Virus record (IMG/VR): IMGVR_UViG_3300009784_000001 | Span: 118,418 to 182,417 of that record | Length of the DNA: 64,000 bases | Source: a virus | Taxonomy: Duplodnaviria; Heunggongvirae; Uroviricota; Caudoviricetes | Strand: one strand, 5' to 3' | Shown here: one piece after another, positions 1 through 9,800 of the stretch | Layout: each line of letters starts with the position of its first letter | Position numbering within the stretch: the stretch's first letter is position 1 | Program-made: the position numbers and the translations under genes | The notes under the pieces: model-generated | Database searches by the model: none | Seen by the model: only the letters and a program-made list of their open reading frames with translations | Told to the model about the DNA's origin: nothing

Positions 1-61
1 AACATTCATAATTCTTTAATTTGAAACTAAAATACTTATTTTATATTAAAAAAACAAAAAA

Positions 62-2563
62 ATGTCTATACAAAATTTATATTCACAAGATTTGATTCAT
101 GTTTTGAATTTAATGGAACATGAAATTATAAAAGAATATCCAACTTATACATTTGATATAACATATTTTACTTTTGCTATTCTTGAAAGCAGAAAATGTA
201 CTGCATTTAAAATACTTGATGAATGTGTTATATCAAATAACATTGAAACATTGAGAAATATATATGCTGATTTACTACATAAAAAATGTATAACTAATAA
301 TGTTCATATATTAAATCCAAATAAACAAAAAGAATATGAACCAAAATTAATAGAAGTTTTGACAAATTCTAATATTCAAAGAAATGAAGTGGGAGATAAA
401 TATATTGATACTACTCATGTATTAATGGCAATTTTAGCAGATGATAACATTGTTAAACAGGCATTTGAAAAAATAGGATTAGATTATAAAATATTAAAAA
501 ATAAAGTTCTTCAAAATAAAGGGGAAGAAGAAAATGAAGAAGAAGCCCAGAAAGAAAAGAAGAACAATAAAAAAGAAATGGTTTTAGTTTCCCCAAATAA
601 TTCAAATATGGTAAAACCAAACAAAAAAAGTAAAACCAATACCATTGAAATATATTCTACTAACTTAAATAAATTAGCCGAAAATGGTAAAATAGATGAT
701 TTAATTGGACGAGAAGAAGAACTAGAAAGTATTATTAAAGTACTATCAAGAAGAAATAAAAATAATATTGTTTTAATTGGAAATTCAGGTTCTGGTAAAA
801 CTGCCATAATTAATGGTTTTGTGAAAAGAATTATAAGTGGAAATGTTCCTATGAATTTATATAATAAGGAAGTTTTATCAATTGATATGGCTTCAATGAT
901 TGCTGGTACTCAATATCGTGGAGTATTTGAGGAAAGAATGAAAACTTTAATTGGTGAAATAAAAGAAGCAAAGAAATATATATTATTTTTTGATGACATT
1001 CATATTGCATTAAGTGAAAGGGGCAATAATACAGATGTAGTTAATATGTTCAATACTATTTTATCAGATAATGAATTACAGATTATAGCTACAACAACAT
1101 TTAAAGATTATAAATCAAGTATCGAAAATTATACAATTATATCCAGGAAATTACAAAAAATTATAGTAGAGCCTACTAATATTGAAGATACTATTGAAAT
1201 AATAAAAAATAATAAACATTATTATGAAACTTTTCATAATGTAATATATACGCCTTCTTCTATTGATACATGCGTCAAATTAGCAGAAAGATATATCAGT
1301 GAAAGATGCTTACCTGACAGTGCTATTGATTTATTTGATGAAACTGGGGCTTATGTAAAATTAAAAAATGAAAAAAATGATAATATTGTGAGTTTAAAGA
1401 ATAAACTAAATAAAATTGTTAGGAAAAAAAATGAAGCAAGTGAAATAGAAGATTATGAAAAAGCTGATTTATATTTACATGAAGAAAAAATGCTTGATAT
1501 TCAAATAAAAGATATTCAAAAATCAAATATAAATAATAAAGATATTGTAACTATAACTGATGATGATATATTAGAAGTATTAGCTAAATCAACAAAAATA
1601 CCTGTTCAATCGTTAAATAAAAATGATTTAAAATCATTAGCAAATATAAATAATGTATTAAAAAAAGAAATATTTGGGCAGGATGAAGCAGTAGATAAAG
1701 TTTGTTCAGCCATTAAGAGACAAAGAATAAATTTGAAATCAAATGTTAAAAGACCGATTTCCTTCATTTTAATTGGAACTTCTGGTACAGGAAAAACAAT
1801 GTTAGCTAAACAGTTAGCTAAAGATATTTTTGGTAATGAGAATAGCCTTATAAGAATGGATATGTCAGAATATTCTGAAAAACACACAGTATCAAAAATT
1901 ATAGGAAGCCCTAATAGTTATGTTGGTTATGGAGATGAAACATTTCTTTTAGGGGCTATAAAAAATAAAAAATACTGTGTAATTTTATTGGATGAGATTG
2001 AAAAAGCATGTACAGAAGTATTTAATATATTTTTAACTCTATTTGATGATGGATATTTAACTGAAGTAAATGGTAATAAAGTAGACTTTTCCAATACTAT
2101 TATCATAATGACTTCCAATATTGGAACTCGTCAAGCATCAGAATTTAAACAAATAGGATTTAATAATGACAATTCCAATTTGGAAACTCAAAAAGAAGAT
2201 ATATTAAGAAAAGAATTAAAGAAAAAATTTGCTCCTGAATTTATAAATCGTATAAATAATATAATATATTTCAAATCATTGTCAGAAGAAAATTTAAAAA
2301 AAATAATGATTTCTAATTTGGAAAAATTAAATGATTTGTTAAAAGAAAAAAAATATACTATTAAATATAATGATAAAGTAATTAATTGGCTATATAGGCA
2401 ATTAAAAGAAGAAGATAAAAATTATGGGGGGAGACCTATTCTTAGAATTATAGAAAATTACATAGAAGAGAAATTAACTGATTTATTGATAGAGAACGAA
2501 TATGAAGAGAATCATATATTTTTAATTACTGTGAACAAAAAGGATGAATTAATTATTAAATAA
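62..2563 (+). CDS. clpC: ClpC/ClpA-family Hsp100 AAA+ ATPase
   Basis: N-terminal Clp repeat region; two Walker A motifs (GNSGSGKT, GTSGTGKT); RYISERCLPDSAIDL; RMDMSEYSEKHTVSKIIGSP; LLDEIEKA; ClpP-docking IGF loop (KQIGFNN). Confidence 0.95.
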   Translation: MSIQNLYSQDLIHVLNLMEHEIIKEYPTYTFDITYFTFAILESRKCTAFKILDECVISNNIETLRNIYADLLHKKCITNNVHILNPNKQKEYEPKLIEVLTNSNIQRNEVGDKYIDTTHVLMAILADDNIVKQAFEKIGLDYKILKNKVLQNKGEEENEEEAQKEKKNNKKEMVLVSPNNSNMVKPNKKSKTNTIEIYSTNLNKLAENGKIDDLIGREEELESIIKVLSRRNKNNIVLIGNSGSGKTAIINGFVKRIISGNVPMNLYNKEVLSIDMASMIAGTQYRGVFEERMKTLIGEIKEAKKYILFFDDIHIALSERGNNTDVVNMFNTILSDNELQIIATTTFKDYKSSIENYTIISRKLQKIIVEPTNIEDTIEIIKNNKHYYETFHNVIYTPSSIDTCVKLAERYISERCLPDSAIDLFDETGAYVKLKNEKNDNIVSLKNKLNKIVRKKNEASEIEDYEKADLYLHEEKMLDIQIKDIQKSNINNKDIVTITDDDILEVLAKSTKIPVQSLNKNDLKSLANINNVLKKEIFGQDEAVDKVCSAIKRQRINLKSNVKRPISFILIGTSGTGKTMLAKQLAKDIFGNENSLIRMDMSEYSEKHTVSKIIGSPNSYVGYGDETFLLGAIKNKKYCVILLDEIEKACTEVFNIFLTLFDDGYLTEVNGNKVDFSNTIIIMTSNIGTRQASEFKQIGFNNDNSNLETQKEDILRKELKKKFAPEFINRINNIIYFKSLSEENLKKIMISNLEKLNDLLKEKKYTIKYNDKVINWLYRQLKEEDKNYGGRPILRIIENYIEEKLTDLLIENEYEENHIFLITVNKKDELIIK

Positions 2564-2605
2564 GAAAATATTGAATATTTATATACATATAAAATAAAAA
2601 AAGGA

Positions 2606-3037
2606 ATGTATCACAATACCAATCAAATTAGAAGTAGATTATTACAACTAGCTCAAAAAGTGTGTGGATTTAATGGAATTCCAAATGATACAGCATTTTG
2701 GTCTTTAGAGAGAATCATTTTATACATTATAGAAAATTGCAAATGTGAAGGTGGTGGAGGAGGTAGTGGAAAAGGTGTTAGTGGCATTAATTACAATCCA
2801 ACAACTAATGTATTAACAATAACATATAATGATGGTACTCCAACAAAAACCATTCAATTAACAGATAAATATTTAGAAAATGTAACAGTAGATACAGCTA
2901 ATTATTTAATACAATTTATAATGAATGATGGAGCAGAAATAGATGCAGATTTATCATTAATATTTGATGATTATTATACTAAATCAGAAGTTGATGAAAT
3001 GGCAATAGATAATTCAGTAATTTGGGGGAGTTTTTAA
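2606..3037 (+). CDS. Hypothetical virion-associated protein with beta-rich repeat; paralog of next gene
   Basis: 143-aa ORF, Gly linker then INYNPTTNVLTITYNDG; C-terminus YTKSEVD...WGSF; TATTTAT motif upstream. Confidence 0.6.
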   Translation: MYHNTNQIRSRLLQLAQKVCGFNGIPNDTAFWSLERIILYIIENCKCEGGGGGSGKGVSGINYNPTTNVLTITYNDGTPTKTIQLTDKYLENVTVDTANYLIQFIMNDGAEIDADLSLIFDDYYTKSEVDEMAIDNSVIWGSF

Positions 3038-3039
3038 TA

Positions 3040-3297
3040 ATGAATGTAACTAATATAGAATATAATAGTATAACTCGTACTTTAACTGTTTTTTACAGTA
3101 ATGGTTCTTCTATGGTCTTTAACTTAAAAGATTTATATATAACAAATGTTACTGTTAATAACAATACACAAGAAATTACATTTATATATTCAGATAATTC
3201 AGAAAAAACGTTCAGTATTGCATATTTATTTAATAATATGTATACTAAAACTGAAATTGAAACAATATTTGCTCCAATGGCTTGGGAAACATTTTAA
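3040..3297 (+). CDS. Hypothetical protein, tandem paralog of 2606..3037
   Basis: ATG at 3040 just after the upstream TAA is preferred to the track's TTG start; IEYNSITRTLTVFYSNG...YTKTEIE...WETF aligns with the previous ORF. Confidence 0.6.
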   Translation: MNVTNIEYNSITRTLTVFYSNGSSMVFNLKDLYITNVTVNNNTQEITFIYSDNSEKTFSIAYLFNNMYTKTEIETIFAPMAWETF

Positions 3298-3330
3298 TAA
3301 GAAATAATACAATTTAAACAATAAAACGAT

Positions 3331-3723
3331 ATGGCAACAAATTATTCATTAATACCAAAAGATTTTGCACCAGGGAATATTCCTCCTATGTATGGAGATG
3401 TTTATAATACTGTTGTTGAAGTTAATGGCTTCAAAACTGGGGGAACTATAATTGAAAAATTGAAAGAAGAAGCAGGATATACTACAACTTATCCAACATC
3501 AGATAAGGCTGTAAATACTGTAATCAGTATGCAAAATAATATAGAAAATATTATTAAAAATCAACAACCTCCTATTTTCCAAATGGCAGGATCTACTGTA
3601 TTTGAATGGGATAATGATGCCCCAACAAGCACAGCATCACATTTAGGTACTCCAGCAGTGGAAGTAACTCAAGCAGGTGGAGTATTTCCAACAACAACTG
3701 CAACAGTACCACCTATGCCATAA
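3331..3723 (+). CDS. Hypothetical Pro/Thr-rich protein
   Basis: 130-aa ORF, co-directional, followed by a terminator. Confidence 0.55.
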   Translation: MATNYSLIPKDFAPGNIPPMYGDVYNTVVEVNGFKTGGTIIEKLKEEAGYTTTYPTSDKAVNTVISMQNNIENIIKNQQPPIFQMAGSTVFEWDNDAPTSTASHLGTPAVEVTQAGGVFPTTTATVPPMP

Positions 3724-3750
3724 TTTTAATTTAAAAATACATTGGTAAAA

Positions 3751-3790
3751 AACACAAAAGCTCATCTATTTTAGATGGGCTTTAGTGTTT
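3751..3790 (+). terminator. Intrinsic terminator
   Basis: aaaagctcatcta-ttt-tagatgggcttt stem with flanking aacac/gtgtt and T-rich tail. Confidence 0.75.
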
Positions 3791-3846
3791 TGTGTTAGAC
3801 TTGAATCTCAACAAATGATATTTATATTATATATTAAAAGTAATTT

Positions 3847-6800
3847 ATGGAGAAGCATATAGTAATTACCTCTAAACAAAAAAATATAATAGAAGAATTT
3901 GAAAGAAAAAAAATATTTGAAAATGATAATTGGAACCAAGAGGGAGGATATAGTAAAGAATTATTCAATATAGTTAAATCTGAACAATTTAAAAAATGGT
4001 TTGGAGATTGGGAAAATAATCCTGATTCCTCATCAAAAATAATTGATGAAAATGGTTTTCCTTTAATTGTTTCACATAGTACTAATTCCAAATTTGATAC
4101 ATTTGATATGTCCCATTTTGGAAAAAGTGATCCAGGAATGTATGGAGCAGGATTTTATTTTATGGATGCCTTAGAAAATCACAGTTATGGGAATATATCA
4201 ATGGCAGTTTTTCTTAATGTTAGAAAACCATTTTATACAGATGCTTTTAATACAAAAGAAGAAATGGCTGATTATTTAGATATATCAGAAGATATTTTAA
4301 CACAAAATGAGGGGGGTTTTAGACCAAGCATTAATTATGCACAAACATTTAATTCTCATGTAAGAGAAAAAGGGCATGATGGAATTGTAGTAAAAAATGG
4401 AAGCTGGATTGGAGAAATAATAGTATTCAATCCAAATCAAGTAAAATCTGTAAGAAATCAAGGTTTTGATGAATATAGTGACAATATATATGAAAACTTA
4501 ATTTACATAAATGAAATGAGTTATGAGTTGCCTGGATTTAATACTACAAAGCTAAAAAATGATTATTTAAAAAGTCAAAAAAAATTATATGAAGGATTAA
4601 TAACTTCATATCCTATTGAAAATGTTATAAAATTTATAAATAAAAGTGGGATATTAAATGGTGGGAAAATATGGAAAGAGAGTGAATATAATACTTTTGA
4701 AAATACAATATTAAATGATTTATATAGCTTTTGTATTGTTTTAGAAGGAAATAAAATTAATGAAGAAGAAATAAATAAATTAATGGATAGTTATGGATAT
4801 TATCAGAATGGGAAAATTAATATAGATAATGGTAATATTAAATATTCTTATTTACCCAAATTTGATGTTGATGTTTCACAATTCATTAAAATTTATTTTC
4901 CAATTTTATATCATGTAACATTAAAACAAAAATTACCTAAAATAATGCAACAAGGTTTATGCCCTAAAGATAGTAATAATCAAAATTTTAAACATCCATC
5001 TTGTGTATTTTTATCAACAAATAAACAAACAGCATTAGATTTATTTAAAAAAGAAGAATATGGAATGAATGAAAAAGGGGAATATGTTTTATTATCAGTA
5101 CATATAACTGAAACAAGTGGTTATAAATTTTTCTTTGATCAAAGGGTAGAAAATGCTGTATATACTTATGATAATATTCATCCACAATTCATAACAGTAA
5201 AAGAAGAATTTACAAATGAAAATAATATGAAAAAAAAAATTATAATTACTACTGCTCAACAAAAATTGATTGAGCAATATGAAAAATACAGTAGTATAAA
5301 AGAAGATAGAAATCAACTTCAACTTCCATTTGATAATCAACCACAAGGAAAACCAAATTATTTACATTTTATTGATTTTTTAGAAAGTGTTGGAAAATAT
5401 GGTACAATAAAAGGAAATGGAGATATAGAAAAATTATATGAAAATGCTTTTGATGATGCCAGAGATCAATATGTTCAAGAATATCAAAGTTATACAGATA
5501 TAGAATATGAAGTAGAAAATAGATATCCCCAAGATGAATATCCTGAATATTATGATGAAAATGGAAACTTGAATGATAATGCAGAAGAAATTATAAATGA
5601 AATAATTGAGGAACAATTTGAGCCAGATGTAACAATAAACTTAGAAATAGATAAAAATAGAAATTTAATACATATATATAGAGAAATTACATTGCCACCT
5701 TTATTAGATTATACAAGTGGAGAAAATGATTTTTATCTTAAACTTAAACAACAATTTACAGGAGCAGGAATATATTGGAGTTGGGATAAACATGGAACAG
5801 ATGCATACTGGGGTTCTTCTGGTGGAAGTGATAATATTATTATGTATGGTTTAGTTTCTCCTGATAATGTTAATTGGATAGAAACTATTAGAATGAATGG
5901 CGATCCCACTTATAGAGATGAAAGGGAAATAAGGGTATTTAACAATGCTTCAATTGAGATATATATGATAATAGTTGATAAAACTAAACAAAAATTACCT
6001 TTACAATCTTCAATTATTGTACCAGGAGGAAACAGTGGAAGAGATTTGGCTGAAAGTACAGATATTAAATCAAAAATTAAAGTTGCTGAAAAAGAAACAA
6101 ATACAAATCCAAGTGATGCTCAAATTGATGCTGAAAATTATAAAAAGGGAAAAGTATATATAAATGGATTTAGAATTGCTATTGAACAGCCAAAAGGAAG
6201 CACAAGAAGTGGGACAGATAAAAACGGTAAGAAATGGAGTATTAAAATGAATAATACTTATGGATATTTTTTAACTACAACTAATGGATTAAATCCTGGT
6301 AAAGGGCAAGATGGGGATCAAGTGGATGTATTCCTTGGAAATAAACATAATTCAAAAAAAATATTTGTTATTGACCAGTTCCTAAATGGAAAATTTGATG
6401 AATCAAAAGTATTTCTTTTAGTTAATTCCAAAGAAGAAGCAGAAAGTGAATACCTTAAAAATTATGAAAAAGGGTGGAAAGGTTTGAAATATGTAACAGA
6501 AGTTAATGAAGAAACATTTAAAGATTGGTTATATGACAGAAAACATCAAATGAAACCTTTTGCTCATTATAAAGATATTAAATCAAATAAGATAAATGAA
6601 ATAAATTTACCTAAAATAGAAATAGGTGATGAAATAAAAATTGGCAGATTTAAAAATAAAAAAGCCACAATAGAAGATTATTATCTTGATAATAAGAGCC
6701 AACCAAAAATAAAAACTAATAAGGGAGATAAAAAAGTTTTTAACTTTAATATAAATGAAGCATTAGGAGTTAAGTTTGATTTAGTTCCAATCGCTGAATA

Positions 6801-9800
6801 TGTAACACAAGCAATAGTAGAAGATAGTAATTTTGAAGATTATATACAAGGTGCTGGTGAAGAAGATATAATAGGAGATTTGGAAGGACAATTTTTATTA
6901 GAACATACAGAAGAATTAGGTTTTATTGACAGTATTGTTGTATATTATAAATTATCAGAAAATGATTGGGACAGGGAAGATAGTTGGGCTAATGCTGATA
7001 ATGCAAAAATTAAAGATGGCTTGTTACATGGATTTTATGGAAATGAAGGGAGCGTTGAAATTTATATTTCTGCATTATATGATAAAGGCAATATATTAGA
7101 ATTGGTTACACATGAAGTCAAGCATTTATATGATTCTTATATTAAATTAATGAATAATAAATCAGATGATGCTTGGAATGATACAATGTATGGTAAAATA
7201 AAACAAGTTTCTGAAAATAATCCATTAAATGATGTATTTTATTTGACAGGAGGAACAAAAGAATTGGAAACATTTACACAACAAAGTTATCAGGAAATGT
7301 TAAATAACAGAGGGAATTATAAAGCAACAAGGTTATGGGGAAACTATGAAGATTTACTTAAAGCAAAAGAAAGATATAAACAATGGGATGAAGAAACATG
7401 GAAAGAAAAAATGTCATGGTATCCAGATGGTTATTCTTTTGAAAAAGCAAAAAAAGATTATATTTCAAGAATAGACAAAGGTATAGAAGATTACTTAAAA
7501 AATATAGGAAGATTAAGAAGTTTATATCAAAATAATAATGTTTCAAATGCAAATGAAAGTTTAGAATATTATCATGTAACAGATGCTTCTCCAGAAAGTG
7601 ATGAATATAAAATTTTAAAAGAAGGAAAAATATATAATAATTATGAAGAATTATTAAAAGATAAAAATGTTAGTATAGTAAAAAAAATAGGTGAAGGTAA
7701 TGATGGTTCAGCTTATCTTTTAGATAATAATATGGTTTTAAAATATACTACCTATACAAAAGAAGCTGCATTAGCACAACAATTATTGAATAAAAATCTA
7801 AAACATTTTGTTAATATATATGAAGTTGGAAGAATGAGTAATAATAATGTATATTATATTTTGATGGAATATGTATCAAATATTGATAAAAAATTAAATA
7901 AAAAATTTGATGAAATTTTAACAGAAAAAAGTATTGAATATCGTAAAATGGGAAATGATACGCCAAAATATTGGAATAATTTTAATAGACCCGCATTTTT
8001 ATTAGAATCTAATTTTATTAATTTTTTAAAAAATGATAAATTACTTGATAATGATTTTTGGAATATTGCAAAACAATTTATAGATGCTTTAAATGAATTG
8101 ATAAGTAATAATATTTTTCCTATATTAGACTTTCATTATGGGAATTTTGGATTTACAGAAGATGGTACATTAAAATTATTTGATCATTGGTCAGCAATAT
8201 CATATAATAATAAATTGGATGAAAATATTATCAATGAAAAATTTATGAAATATCATACAAGAGAAGAGATTAATGAAATATTTAAAAATTTAGTGAAAGA
8301 AGTAAAAGAAAGAATAATAAATAAAGAAATATTAAGACCTGGAAACCCTTATTTTTTAGAAACAGAAAATTCAAACAAAAGAGGAGTTTCATTTTATTTT
8401 GAAATTCCAATATTAGAAATTAAAATAAGAGTATCTGATCATCCATTACAATATGATATAAACAGAATGTGGAATGAAAATCATTTTGATTTAAGTGAAG
8501 ATAATTTAGCTGATAAAATTGCTAATCTGATAAATAGGAAAACAGAAAATGTAACTGTTCCTTCACCAATAAAACATAATTTAAAATTAGTTAAGAAAAA
8601 TATTATAATACCAGAAAATAAATTATATTTAATTAAAAATATATTAAAAGAAGCATTATCAAGTATAGTATATCATTTTACTTCTTTAACAAATTTTTAT
8701 GAAATAGCAAAGCATAATGAAATTTTATTATCATCATCAATAGCCAAAGATGCAGAATCAAAATATGATAAGGGTACGTTCTTTTTATCATTAACTAGAC
8801 AAAAAAATTCTGATTTAGGATATACTGCTGGTTGGAATGATAACTTTGTAAGAATTGAATTTGATGGAGATAAGTTAAATCAAAACTTTAAAGGTGAACC
8901 AATGAATTATTGGGGAGCGAGTATGGGTAAAGATTATTATATGAAAAGAAGAGATAATGTACGAGATTGGGAGCAATTACAAAAACAGAAAAGAACTGAA
9001 AATGAAGATAGATTATATTCCAATAATAATAAAATACAGAACATATATAAATATATTAAAAGAGTTGATGCCTTAGTAAAAATAGATAATATGTATAGAT
9101 ATATTTACCCACCAATGCTTAATTGGGATGGTAAAGTTTTTGTTTATGATAATTTAAATGAATTTAATAAACAATCAGAAAATACTATTAATGACAATTT
9201 AAAAGAATGGTTTAGATCAAGTAAAGAAGAAGATTCATATATGCCTATGGAAAAAAGTGGGGGAAATATAATTAATACAACATTGAATTATATTTTCAAA
9301 TATATGGCAACTTATGAATATCTCAAAGGAAATACTGATTTTAAAATAAAAGAAGCTATACCAAAATATTTACAAAATTATAGCCTAAATGATCATAAAA
9401 ATTTACTTTTAAGCACTTTTAATACAAGATATTTACCCAATAATGTGGAAATGATAGCAGAAGACCTTCAACAAAAATTAAGAGAACTTTCAAATTTTCC
9501 TAAAAATGATGATTCAAGAAAAGTATTACAATTATTTTCAGATTATGTAAGAAATAACAAAATAAAAGACTTGAAACGTCCATTGGTTAGGGAGAGTATA
9601 GAAGAAAATATTGAATTAGAAGTTGATGCCAATCAAATAAATCTTAAATCATTTGAAAAGAAAGATGAATTAAATCCGAAATTATTTCAAAATGATAAAC
9701 TTAATTCAAAAGTAAGATTAAAACTTCTCGAAATTGCTGATGATTTTGTTGATTTTCTTGAAATACCATGGACTGAACCAAGAGATATTGTTTTAGTTGG

